DNA from: Lama glama
Lineage: Eukaryota
NCBI GenBank assembly: GCA_028534125.1
Contig: CM052817.1
Location: 95,048,001 to 95,112,000 of the forward strand
DNA: 64,000 nt
Direction of reading: 5' to 3'
Shown in pieces: positions 26,266-37,858 of this stretch. Both the position numbers and the translations under genes were made by a program. The notes beneath the pieces were generated by a model. It saw nothing but the letters and a program-made list of their open reading frames with translations, was not told where the DNA came from and made no database searches. The first letter of the stretch is position 1, and each line of letters begins with the position of its first letter.

Positions 26266-26496
26266 TCACCTTATCGAGCGATACATCATGAAGTCAATAG
26301 TTGTACATCTAGGAAATTTACCAATGGAGCTCTCTTCCACTGGTGTGTATATTTTAATTTGTCTCATGTGGGTGTCTCTTCCGTTTTGGTGATTGGCTAA
26401 AACAGCAATCTGTATCATGAATGTGCGAGTTGGCTTCTTGTGATTATCAGTTAAGGGAACGTGAATCCAGCCACTTGGCTCCACCAATTCAAGTTG
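26266..26496 (-). CDS. ANAPC10: Last coding exon of anaphase-promoting complex subunit 10 (76 aa + TGA; partial CDS)
   Basis: Translates as QLELVEPSGWIHVPLTDNHKKPTRTFMIQIAVLANHQNGRDTHMRQIKIYTPVEESSIGKFPRCTTIDFMMYRSIR*, the recognisable APC10 C-terminus with the NHQNGRDTH motif and terminal IR tail. A canonical acceptor (TTTTCTTTTCTTGGCAG|CAA) precedes it in phase 0. The ORF-track start at 26487 is an internal TTG. Confidence 0.97.
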   Translation of the reverse strand, partial: QLELVEPSGWIHVPLTDNHKKPTRTFMIQIAVLANHQNGRDTHMRQIKIYTPVEESSIGKFPRCTTIDFMMYRSIR

Positions 26497-26518
26497 CTGC
26501 CAAGAAAAGAAAAGTCAG
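26497..26518 (-). promoter_or_regulatory. 3' splice site of last ANAPC10 intron (branch point, pyrimidine tract, AG)
   Basis: Minus strand reads CTGAC-TTTTCTTTTCTTGG-CAG. AG is at 26498-26497 and the candidate branch A is at 26515 (-19). Confidence 0.88.
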
Positions 26519-27371
26519 ATTATGTTTTCACCCAATGAATATAAGTTCTTACAATGAATGTACTCTAAAGTTGGCTTATAAGTACCATTTTGCTCACTCA
26601 GAGCATGACAACATAATAAACATTACTAGTTACTGGGCACTTTTACCATGGTCCATTTTTACAGTTGTTAATAAGTACTTTACATGTACCATCTTAGTAG
26701 ACAAAAAGAGAATTATTTGCAATCTTAGACTTTACAGAAACTTATGTAACATACAAGTTTAGATTCGGACATGTGTAAATGTATAGCCCCAATGGAAGAC
26801 CATGCTGATACAAGAAAAGACTCTACATGCTTAGAACATATAATACTTCTGATATATTTTATTTCAAGGATCATGCCTAAAATATCCAAACTCACATAAC
26901 AATAAATCACATTCTATATAAACTGTAAGAATACTAACAAAAGAAAATCAGTCATTACACAAACATCAGACAAAGTTTTCTTTCTTGAAAAATAGTGATT
27001 TATCTAGTCTGAATGACAATCTAAACCTACAATCTACATTTTTAAAGTTTTTCAATAAAAAATGCCACATAATTTTTTTTAAATTTTCATTTTATTTTAA
27101 CCAAGAGTCCAAATATCTTTCCTCAACAAGGGAAGGAAAATTGTAAGTCAAAAAAAAACCTAAATTTCCAAAATTTTTCCTAAAGTTACAAAATAGTTTT
27201 TAAAAAACAAATAGTGATTTTTAAATTACCTGAATTACTGAACACATGAAAGGTTTGCACCACAGAAAATACAGGTTTATCTATCAACCCAGCCCAAGGG
27301 CAATGAGTGTCAAAGAATCTAAATTGGATTCCATGAGTTACTCTAGAAAAACAATTAAATGAACACCACTG

Positions 27372-27487
27372 TTATCTTCTTTTTCTCCCCTCCCTTCTTT
27401 CCTTCCTTTTTCTTCTTTTCTTCTTTCGTTCTTCTTTTTCTTTCTTTCTTTCCTTTCTATTTTACTGTTTCTTTCCTTTCATTTTTT
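27372..27487. repeat. CT-rich low-complexity tract
   Basis: Near-pure pyrimidine run of TTTC/TTCC units. Confidence 0.85.
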
Positions 27488-27620
27488 ATAAATAAGGAGG
27501 GTGGTTAGACAAAAGTAGAGATGGCCAAGAGACAGAGAATTGGAATCTTTAAAAGGTAGCTATTTTTAAGATGGAATAATTTTCTCCTTTTAATTACAAA
27601 ATATAATAATAAATGAATCT

Positions 27621-27701
27621 CACAAACTACTGTATATAAAATAGATAAACAATAGCACAGGGAATTATATTCAATTTCTCATAACCACCTATAATGAAAT
27701 A

Positions 27702-27781
<80 letters not shown>

Positions 27782-27850
27782 ACTGAATCACTATGCTATA
27801 TATCAGAAACTAACACAGCACTGTAAATCAACTATACTTCAATTAAAAAG
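27621..27850 (+). mobile_element. Truncated cetartiodactyl-type L1 3' end containing a (TG)(TA)(CA) microsatellite at ~27701-27780
   Basis: TATATAAAATAGATAAACAA...AGCACAGGGAATTATATTCAAT...AACTGAATCACT...GTAAATCAACTATACTTCAATT. Confidence 0.85.
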
Positions 27851-28207
27851 AATTTTTTTCAGGTGAATCTCTAGCCCTCATTGTATTTTCAGTCAGTGGC
27901 TTGTTATAAACACCACTAGCACTAACTTAAAATAAGTGAGTCAGAGGCTAGATATATCTGGTTTCTATCGATAACCTTTTAATCATTCAGGCAATAGTAA
28001 CTGAGTACTTAAAGTGCTCAAAGTATTACTGTAAGTATAGTTAAGCATACAAAACATACATAAGGCCTTGTTTCAAACCATAAAAAAGTGTAGATAAACA
28101 ACCTCTGGTTTCATTCAGTTTCTTCATGTATAAAGGGAGGGATGGGACAAGTTTTCATCCAATGTCCCTTTCAGCTCTGACATTCAATGATTCGCAATAA
28201 AAGTAGA

Positions 28208-28465
28208 TGTGGTAGGCAGAATAATGGACCCCCAGAAATGTCCACATCCTTCCACAGATGTCTTGAATATGTTAACTTACATGGCAAAGGGTCTCTGCTT
28301 ATGTGATTAAGTTAAAGATGTGGGGAATGGAAGATTATCCCGGATTACATGGGTGGGCCCAATGTAATCACTATGGTCATCAAAAGAGAATGGCAGGAGA
28401 AACAGAAAAGGAGATGGGATGATGGAAGCAAAGTTGAATAATGCAACCACAAGCCAAGGAATGCT
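28208..28465 (+). mobile_element. MLT1D-like LTR, 5' half
   Basis: Starts TGTGGTAGGCAGAATAATGG and contains GAATATGTTAACTTACATGGCAAAGGG and GGGTGGGCCCAATGTAATCAC. Confidence 0.8.
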
Positions 28466-28469
28466 GTCT

Positions 28470-28840
28470 AGGACCCAGGTCCTACTATTCTTTTATTCCT
28501 CCAATGTGGGTGGGTTAGCACTGTCCCCAAGCTTAGCTTCCCTTATAGTCACCAGATGGCTGCAGCTGTCTTCCAGAGGCAGAAATCAAGTACTGTTCCC
28601 CTCTTCAATCCCCTTTTTAAGAACAAGCATTCCTCCCAGAAGCTCTTATTAAATATCCATGCCTAAGTCAACCAACAGAGAAGTGGGTCCAACATGATTG
28701 GTTGGCTCAATTAGGACTCAATCCCTGGGGCTGGGGATGGGTGGCAGCACTTGGCCACTTTCTGGAGGGTAGGAGATGAATAAAACTAGAGTTTCTTCAG
28801 GAGAAGGTAATGGATAACGGATATTGAGTAGAAAACTAAC
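28470..28840 (-). mobile_element. Old MaLR LTR (MLT1J/K-like)
   Basis: GGACCCAGG...CAGATGGCTGCAGC...TCCCAGAAGC pattern. Confidence 0.5.
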
Positions 28841-29005
28841 ATTTACAGTGAAGAACTGATGGATTGATCTAAAAACAGCACTACAACACTGGTTGATTAA
28901 ATAAAAATTTAGACATTAACTTTATATCACACCCAAAAGTAAATTCTTAATAATTAAATAGCTATATAAGTTAATAATCACAACAACAAACCTACAAGAG
29001 TATTA

Positions 29006-29365
29006 GAAACCCTACTTCAAAAAGATACCTACACCCCAATGTTCATAGCAGCACTATTTACAATAGCCAAGTCATGGAAACAGCCTAAATGTCCATCAAC
29101 AGGTGACTGGATAAAGAAGATGTGGTATATTTATACAATGGAATACTACTCAGTCATAAAAACCGACAACATAATGCCATTTGCAGCAACATGGATGCTC
29201 CTAGAGAATGTCATTCTAAGTGAAGTAAGCCAGAAAGAGAAAGAAAAATACCATATGAGATCGTTCGTTATGTGGAATCTTAAAACAAAAACACAAACAA
29301 ACAAACAAAAAGAAAGCATAAATACAGGACAGAAATAGACTCATGGACAGAGAATAGAGACTTGT
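29006..29365 (+). mobile_element. Young L1, ORF2 C-terminus and start of 3' UTR (left of gap)
   Basis: ORF 29039-29338 MFIAALFTIAKSWKQPKCPSTGDWIKKMWYIYTMEYYS is the L1 ORF2 C-terminus. Confidence 0.93.
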
Positions 29366-29465
29366 NNNNNNNNNNNNNNNNNNNNNNNNNNNNNNNNNNN
29401 NNNNNNNNNNNNNNNNNNNNNNNNNNNNNNNNNNNNNNNNNNNNNNNNNNNNNNNNNNNNNNNNN
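29366..29465. other. Assembly gap (100 N)
   Basis: Run of exactly 100 N, a conventional unknown-size placeholder. Confidence 0.99.
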
Positions 29466-29980
29466 GTTGTGGTATATTTATACAATGGAATACTACTCAG
29501 CCATAAAAAGATAAAATAATGCCATTTGCAGCAACATAGATGACCCTGAAGAATGTCATTCTAAGTGAAGTAAGCCAGAAAGAGAAAGAAAAATACTATA
29601 TATCACTCATATGTGGAATCTTAAAAAAAAAAAGCCAAATGAACTTATGTATAAAACAGAAACAGACTCACAGACATAGAATACAGACTTGTGGTTGCCA
29701 GGAGGGAGAAGGGTGGGAAGGGATAAACTGGGAGTTTGAGATTTGCAAATATTGACTGGTATATATAAAACAGATAAAGAAGTTTATACTGTATAGCACA
29801 GGGAAATATATTCAGTATCTTGTAGTAGCTCACGGGGAAAAGGAATATGAAAATGAATATATGTATATTCATGTATGACTGAAGAGTGGTGCTATACAAC
29901 AGAAAATGACACACTGTAAACTGACTACAACTCAATAACAAATAAAAAATAAATAAAATAAATAAAATAAAAAAAAAAAA
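29466..29980 (+). mobile_element. Young L1 3' end with A-rich tail (right of gap)
   Basis: NVILSEVSQKEKEKY remnant, a full 3' UTR, and an (AAAAT)n/poly(A) tail ending at 29980. Confidence 0.93.
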
Positions 29981-30170
29981 GAAGTGGATCCTCCAGTCCC
30001 CATCAGCCTAACCGACATACAAATGCAACTGGGTAAAGACTTCAAGACAGAAATGCCCAGCCATGCTCTTTCCAAATTCCTGAACAGAAACCATGAGGGT
30101 GGTAAGTGACTGCTACTGATAAATATCACTAAGTTTTAGTGTGATTTGTTAGGCAGCGATAGTAAAGCAG
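29981..30170 (+). mobile_element. MLT1F/G-like LTR 3' part
   Basis: GAAGTGGATCCTCCAGTCCC...AAATTCCTGA...CACTAAGTTTTAGTGTGATTTGTTAGGCAGCGATAG. Confidence 0.65.
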
Positions 30171-30326
30171 TGATTAATTATGGTCCATCTATACCCTGGA
30201 ATATACTCTATGGTAATTCAAAATGACATGTCTCTACATATATTTGCAGTTATTTGCAGCTATCTCTTGTTAGTTTTAAAAAGCAAAGTACCAAGGAACA
30301 TGTGTTGCATCATCTTCTATATATTT

Positions 30327-30349
30327 TACATATATATATATACACATAC

Positions 30350-30438
<89 letters not shown>
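30327..30438. repeat. Compound (TA)n-(TG)14-(TA)29 microsatellite
   Basis: (TG) at 30353-30380 and (TA) at 30381-30438. Confidence 0.95.
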
Positions 30439-30442
<4 letters not shown>

Positions 30443-30689
30443 GTTTTTGTATGGATAGAGAAGTCTGAAAGGATATTCACCAAAATAAAAATAGGAAATA
30501 TCTATAACAGTGAGAATATGGATCATTCTTATTTTATTGCTTATGTATTATTATCTATGCTTTTCTCAATAAACATGAATTTATCTTATTAAAAAAATCT
30601 ATTTTTAGTTTGGTGGTGGTTGGAGGACTCAAAAAAAGAAAAGTTTTCAGAAAGTTTCAGTACCTGATTTTAACATCCCATTGACTGTA

Positions 30690-31870
30690 TTCCATTCCTC
30701 CACTAATAGAATCCTCCTTCTTGGTGACTTCAACATCCATAGAGACGATCCTTTAATGATTCGGATTCTCCGTTCTTCAACTTCTTCACTACGAACAATT
30801 TTTACCTCTGCTCCGCTTCAGCCAACCCCCACCCCCCACAGTCATGTTCTATATCTGATGATGAGCAGTAGCTGCAAGATCGCTGAAATCCTGACTTCAA
30901 GCATACCCATCTCTACCGCCTCCTAAAGTCACCAGCTTTCTCTAGGGACCCCACTGCCATAGCATCAATCCTAACCAAACAGCTGAACTATGGATTTCAT
31001 CCACTTTTTTACTGTTCATTAACCCACTCAGTATCTTCAGTTCCCACTTTACCTCCTTAATACACCATAATTCATTATGATAATCCATCCTTTCATGTAC
31101 AGAAATGCAATGTTCCTCTCTCACTGTTTCATTATTTTCCTGAGGAAAAAAACAATCCTGGTTAAACCCAACTCCCTTCCTATTCAATGCCTACCGGAGA
31201 AAAATAACATGCTGACTGGTTGGTTCTCACTTCAACACAAGCGTATTTATTCAAGCATACATGTAGTGCCATGTAAAATGCTTACTATATTCCCTTAGAA
31301 AATTTGCTTTCCCTGTGTCTGGGATAGCTATTTCTGAGCTTCTCCTCAAATCTTAACACCTGCTCTAATCTTCTCTCTCTGGGCTGATATCTGATTTCAC
31401 TAAGAAAATAAAAGCAATTAGGAAAAAAAAAAAAACAACTAAAACTACCATCTTCCCATCAGCTGTTATACTGTAGTTAAACTGCCCCTGAACCTTTGTG
31501 AGGCTAGTTCTCCCACTTGCTCAACATCAACAGATCCCATCCTTTCTTTCCCAGCCAAAGACTCTGCTCGACCATAATTTTCTCTACAAATCATTTTCTC
31601 TTCTCCATTGGATCACTGTTATCAGCATACAAACATGCCATATTTGTTATCTTAAAAATTAAAAACAAAACCCTTTTGTAATCCTATGTCCTCCTCCACA
31701 TACTGCCCCAATTCTGTTTTTTTTTTCACAACAAAACTCCTTTAAAAGTTAAAAAAATTTTCTTCACCTGCTAGTTATCTCTAAGCCACTCCAAATTGAA
31801 TTTTGTCCCCACCACTGAAACCAATCTTGTCAAAGTCACCTTGACCCCCACTTGCCAAATCAACTCTCTC
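30690..31870 (+). mobile_element. L2 ORF2 remnant including the endonuclease region
   Basis: ORF 30681-30926 contains ILLLGDFNIH (APE-type GDFN motif), followed by pyrimidine-rich L2 text to CTTGTCAAAGTCACC. Confidence 0.8.
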
Positions 31871-32189
31871 TCAGAACAGTTCTTTGATAGTTTATTTCTG
31901 GATTCTGGATTTCACTTAATGATATGCTTGATGATGGTTTACTTATATTCAAAATTTTAAGGCTCTTAAAGTTTTATATAATATTGTAGCTTAAATACAG
32001 TTTTCTACACAAAATATATGACACAGTTTATTAAAGATAGAAAGAGAATTTGTAAGTGACAGATAATAACTGGTAATTCAGTAAAGACAGATAAATTTAA
32101 AGATGAATAAAGTTAAGACTCATTTTAATGCTGAGCTAAATAGGATACTTGAATTATGTGCTTAAAAATATATCTACCTGAGTGCACCT

Positions 32190-32395
32190 GGCAGTGGATC
32201 CTTCCCCAGTTGAGTCTGTGATGAGACTGCAACCCTGGACAACTGCTTGATTGCAGCCCTGTAAGATCCTGAACAGAGGATGCAGCTAAGCTATGCCTAG
32301 ACTCCTGACTCACTGAAACTGTGGGATAATATGTATGCATTGTATTAGGCCACTAAGTTTGTGCTAACTTTCTTACACAGCAATAGAAAACACAA
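32190..32395 (+). mobile_element. MLT1D/E-like LTR 3' part
   Basis: TTGATTGCAGCC...CAGCTAAGCTATGCCTAGACTCCTGAC...GCCACTAAGTTTG...CAGCAATAGAAAAC. Confidence 0.75.
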
Positions 32396-33854
32396 GAGTA
32401 GCAGATAAATAATCAATATTGAAAATTTTATATAAGACTGGTGACAATTCTGCATTAAAAAATGTCTAGAGCTTTACAAGTGTTTATAACTAACCCAGAT
32501 ATAAGAAGCTGAGACAATTCTTAATGTTCATTTGAAATAAATATGCCTTCAATATTCCATTGCACTTCATTTCATTACTTGACCATGGTCTTGTTCAGTC
32601 AATTTAATTAGTTACTTGTAAAATACATGTTTTAGGGGCAACCTACATAGGAGGTATTTCATCCAGTGGAGAAGCCATGTGATGGACCACAGCATCAGCA
32701 CCATGCCAGCCCAAAGCCTACCAAGTCATTTCTGAGTAGGAGCTGCCACCTTTCCCTCAGTATTTCTTCCTTGGTATCAGCCACTAACAGTGAAAACTGA
32801 ATGTAAATACAACCCATTAGAGTTTCTCTATGAAGGTATCTCTCAGCCTGGCTCCACGATGTTCTGCTTCCTGTTAGCAAACTCTAAGTCACTACCCTCT
32901 ACTCCAGCTATGATTTATTTAAGGGTATCCTCCACGGATGCTTTGATTTAAAGTATTCTCTCCACCATAAATAAAGTTTACATTTAAAAAAATACAGAAG
33001 TCATGTGCTAATAAAAATCATGTCGGATATTAAATACAAAGCTGTTTACATGTCCTTTCCTATTGCTAATCACATATCCCTGGAAAATAAATGGAAGAAG
33101 GAAAAGTATTGATAGTGGCTTTGCGATAGTTGCTCTATATTCTCCACTCTAACTACCTGCTACTCTTTCATTAACCATGAAATCTTACAGAATCTCAATA
33201 TGAGAACTGTTAGCACATGAAACAGACGATTCTAGCATTTTAAGCATCCTTTCACTCAGGAAGGAACAGAATCAGTTAACAGCAATGGTGACCTACTTGT
33301 AGAGAAAGAAAGTTTAATATGATCCAAAAGAAACTTCAGAAGTTCCAAATGTGCTAAAAGTAAGGATACCACAAAGGCAGCTGAACAAGAAAGACAGAAT
33401 CCAACTCAAAGAGCTCACCATGGAAAGCAAGCTCTTTTGCCCTAGTGAAGAAAGTGACCACCTCAGAAGGTCACTTTGTGGTTGAAATCAGTCACCCTGC
33501 TACAGAGGGTCAAGACATTAATTCTGGACTTGTAAGTCTGAAAAAGTTTTTATATAGAGAAGTTTACTCCAGAAAGAGTCCCTGGAGAGTTAAGATTGTA
33601 CAGTTTAATAGTTACCTATTTAAAAAGAGGCGTAACAAGAGATAAAACCTACAGACAGCGTGTTCTACTAATCTACATGAAGAATTCTGAATAAATTTGA
33701 AGTCAATGGCAATTAAAAACAACAATTTAATCTAAGGCCGAAATGGTAAAGAAATGTTAAGAAGAAATTGCAGAAAATCTTTAGATGACAACAACAACTA
33801 GTACTACCAACCAAGTTAACTAGACTTAACTACCATTAAAAAGAAAACCAGGTA

Positions 33855-34130
33855 AGATAAGTAAGTACTAGGGATATAATGGATAGCATGACGACCACAG
33901 CTAACACTGATGTATGATATACAGGAAAGTTGTTAAGAGAGTAGATCCTAAGAGCTCTCATCACAAAGAGAACTTTTTTTCTTTTTTATTGTATCTACAT
34001 GAGATGATGGATGTTAACCAAATCTACTGTGGTAATCATTTCACAACATAAGTAAATCAAACCATCATGCTGTACACCTTAAACTTATACAGTGATGTAT
34101 GTCAATTATTTCTCAATAAAACTGGAAAAG
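33855..34130 (+). mobile_element. L1MA/L1MB-like 3' terminus
   Basis: GAAAGTTGTTAAGAGAGTAGATCCTAA...TGTGGTAATCATTTCACA...GTACACCTTAAACTTATAC...CTCAATAAAACTGG. Confidence 0.85.
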
Positions 34131-34499
34131 AACAATTATGTCCTTTGAAGACAAAAAACAGTAAATATAAATACACACATACAGAATAAAATCATGCTAT
34201 AGTCCTATTGTAAAAAGAGGAATAAAAGTCTAAGTAATGAATAATCAAGAAATGACAGCAACAGATAATAAATTTAGGAAAGAACATCAGACAAAGAAGA
34301 CCAAGATCTGAATTTCACTTCTGTTCTTGAGTTTAAGCAAATTATTTCTCCTTGCTAAACCTTCACTTCTCCATCTATTGGCTGAATCATAGAAAATTGT
34401 CATTTTTGTAGATCAAAAGTAAAATTAGGAAAGTTTTATTCCCATATAATTTTTATACTTTCCTCATAGGAATGCTCTAAGGTTACAAGGTAGTATAAA

Positions 34500-34840
34500 T
34501 TTCACTATTGCTAAATCCACAAGATGCTTTTCACTTCAAACCTTCCTATTCTTTCTACATAATTTGATGCAACCTCTTCATTGAAATGTTCTCTTCCCGT
34601 GGTCTCTGTGACTTCACCTTCTTCAGATATTCCTCTACCTTTCTCATCCCTTTTTTTGTCTCTCTCTGGAAACTCCTCTATCCATTACTTAAATGTTGCA
34701 TTCCTCACAGTTTTGACCTAAAACTGGTCTCACAATATAGAGTTTGATCTACACAACTGTCCTAAACCACTGTATCCAGACCCATGACTTCAGAAACCTT
34801 AAGTGGCTATGTGCTGATGACTCAAGATTTTGTATCTCCT
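34500..34840 (+). mobile_element. L2 RT-region remnant
   Basis: TTGCTAAATCCA...ATTTGATGC...GCTGATGACTCAAGATTTTGTATCTCC (decayed YADD region). Confidence 0.65.
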
Positions 34841-35655
34841 TTTTAAGAGGTAACTTCTAAAGGTACTAAGAAAAGACAAGGTTATCTACAGAAGGCAAGG
34901 CAAGACAGAAAGATTCCATGATAAAAGCCATCCAAAGAGTTCTGGACTTTAAATATATTTCTTTTAAAGTAGTCTGAGGCAGACAGTGTTCCTTCTAAGA
35001 ATAACAACAGGTAAAATTTTTTAATCATCATTTTAGAGTAATTAGAGAGCTGCTAAAACAAAGAGGACTAGAGGACGCTAGGGTTCTGGGGAGGAGAGAA
35101 CCTCAAAGAGGTTACTTGTCTTTGGAACCCACTTTAACCACGGGGGCATTTGTTGACTCCAGGATGGGGTAAGATGCTAAGAATCATGGTTTTGCCTGGA
35201 TAGACAGCTGCTTCTTGAAGTCAGAGAAACATGTAGAACCATTATGAGTGGTCTTTTAGAAAAGATACAGAGGCTTGAAGAACTTTAAGCACACAGCCTA
35301 TTTTCTGCTCAAAATATTTGCCATGTTGTGAAGTTGTCTGGAATGGGAGGATGAAGGGATAAGTGAGGGGTCTCTTAGAAGAAGAGTAGAGTTTCTGGCA
35401 ATCTCTCAGGGCTGAGGAAACAAGTCCTAAAATGTAGAACTTGTCCAGTGAGCACATGAGGCTACCCAAACGACAGCCCTGAGTGGCTATGACATGGCAG
35501 TATTAAGGAACAGAGGCAGGTGGAACCTTATCAAAGCTGCAACACAGCCTCAAATCAACTCAACTCAGAGACTGAGAGGAGTACAGCTTCTCGGTCTGTC
35601 TGCCTAGTTCAGGAACAAGCAAATTCTCTCTAGAGAAAGAAAACAGCATTGAGAG

Positions 35656-35949
35656 CAGCACTGTCCTATTGAAAGATACTGTGGGTAACAAATGTGAGCC
35701 ATGTATGAAGTTTCACATTTCTAAAAGCTACTTTTTAAAAACTTTGAAGAAATAGGTCAAATTAATTTTATATTTATTATAACCAGAAAGCACTTCAACA
35801 CATGAGCAATATAAAAAGTTAATGAGCTATTTTACATTCTTTCTTTCTACCAAATTTCTGAAATTCAGGATTTTACACTTACACCACATGACAATTTAGA
35901 TCAGCCAAATGCCACATGCAGCTAGTGGATAATCTATTGAACAGCACAG
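35656..35949. mobile_element. MER33-like hAT-Charlie transposon
   Basis: Termini CAGCACTGTCCTAT / ATTGAACAGCACAG, with 8-bp flanks ATTGAGAG (35648-35655) and ATCTAGAG (35950-35957) fitting a decayed NTCTAGAN TSD. Confidence 0.8.
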
Positions 35950-36411
35950 ATCTAGAGTTCAGTCTTGCAATCAATCAAAAACTACTATTATTAACCCAGT
36001 TAAGAAATAAGAGGGAAATATGAATAAATGAAATGATAATTTCATCTGAGAATTGGAATATATTTTTAAAATGGAACTGGTAGAGCTGAAAACAAAATAT
36101 CTGCGATTAAGAATTTAACAGATTGACTCAACAGATTATATATATATCAGAAGACAAAATGGACAAATTCCTTGAAAAATACAATTTATCAAAGCTAACA
36201 AAAAGAAATAGAAAATCTGAATAGAACAATATCTATTAAGGAAACTGCCTCATAATTTAAAACCTACCATAAAACTCCAGGTCCAGATAGCATCACCAGT
36301 CAATTCTTCCAAATGTTTAAAGATGAAATGATATAAATTCTGCACAAATGCTTAGATAGTAGAAAAGGGAAGACATTTCTAAAATATTTTTATGAGGCTA
36401 GCATAACTTTG

Positions 36412-37858
36412 TTTTGTTTTGTTTTTTATTGAAGTAGTTAGTTACAATGTATCAATTTCTCATGTACAGCACAGTGTCCCAGTCATGCATAATAATACAT
36501 ATATTTGTTTTCATATTTTTTTCACTGAAGGTTATTACAAGATAATAAATACAGTTCCCTGTGCTCTACAGAAGAAACTGGTTTTTTAAAACTATTTTTA
36601 TATATAGTGGCGAACATTTGCAAATCTCAAACTCCCAAATTTATTCCTTCCCGTCTCCTTTCCCTGATAACCATAAGATTGTTTAGTATGTCTGCAAGTC
36701 TGTTTCTGTTTTGTAGATGAGTTCATAGTGTCCTTCCCTCCCCCCCTTTAAGATTTCACATATAAATGATATCATATGCTATTTGTCTTTCTCTTTCTCG
36801 CTTACTTCGCTTAGAATGATGATCTCTAGGTCCACCATGTTGCTGCAAATGGTATTATTTTATTCTTTCTTATGGCTGAGTAGTAGTCCATGGTATAAAT
36901 ATGCCACAGCTTCTTTATCCAGTCATCTGTTGATGGATATTCAGGTTGCTTCCATGTCTTGGCTATTGTATATAGTGCTGCTATGAACATTGGGGTGCAT
37001 TACCTTTTTGAATTAGATTCCCTCTGGATATATACCCAGGATCATATGGTAAGTCTATTTTCAGTCTTTTGAGGAATCTCCATATTGTTTTCCACAATGG
37101 CTGCACCAAACTACATTCCCACCACACCCTCTCCAGCATTTATTATTCATAGACTTTTGAATAATGGTCATTCTGACTGGTGTGAGGTGATATCTCACTG
37201 TAGTTTTGATTTGTATTTCTCTGATAATTAGTGATATTGAGCATTTTTTCATATGCCTATTGGCCATTTGTATGTGTTCATTGGAGAATTGCTTGTTTAG
37301 GTCTTCTGCCCATTTTTGGATTGGGTTGTTTGTTCTTTTGTTATTAAGTTGTATGAGCTGTTTATATATTCTGGAAATTAAGCCACTGTAAGTCGCATCA
37401 TTTGAAAATATTTTCTCCAATTCTGTAGGTTGTCATTTTGTTTTGCTTATGGTTTCCTTTGCTGTGCAAAAGCTCATAATTTTAATTAGGTCCCATTTGT
37501 TTATTTTTGCTTTTATTTCTATTGCTTGGGTAGACTGCCCTAGGAGAACATTGCTGAGATGTATGTGAGACAATGTTTTGCCTGTTTTCTTCTAGGAGGT
37601 TAATCGTGTCTTGTTTTATATTTAAGTCTTTAAACCATTTTGAGCTTTAAACCATTTTGTGTATGGTGTGAGGGGGTATTCTATCTTCACTGATTTACAT
37701 ACTGCTGTCCAGTTTTCCCAATACCACTTGATGAAGAGATTGTTTTTTCTCCATTGTATATTCTTGCCTCCTTTGTCAAAGATTACTTGACCATAGGTCT
37801 GTGGGTTTATTTCTGAGCTCTCTATTCTGTTCCATTGATCCATATGTCTGTTTTTAGG
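36412..37858 (-). mobile_element. Young 5'-truncated L1 (~1.45 kb) with a perfect 16-bp TSD
   Basis: ORF2 remnants ([42 protein letters not shown]), a 3' UTR, an (AAAAC)n tail, and TSD GGCTAGCATAACTTTG at 36396-36411 and 37859-37874. Confidence 0.95.

Noticed and set aside
26266..26496. ANAPC10 processed pseudogene
   Set aside because: Homology stops at an intact splice acceptor, the frame is uninterrupted, and there is no poly(A) tail or TSD, so this is a genuine exon.
26182..26762. Plus-strand ORFs 26182-26400 and 26421-26762 as an antisense gene
   Set aside because: Shadow ORFs of the real exon with no protein resemblance. The plus-strand AATAAA words at 26106, 26143 and 26196 are expected in such AT-rich DNA.
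30681..30926. Functional endonuclease ORF (GDFN motif)
   Set aside because: Short decayed L2 ORF2 remnant with no intact continuation.
37628..37659. Duplicated CTTTAAACCATTTTG inside the young L1
   Set aside because: A local slippage mutation in a dead element, with no functional implication visible.
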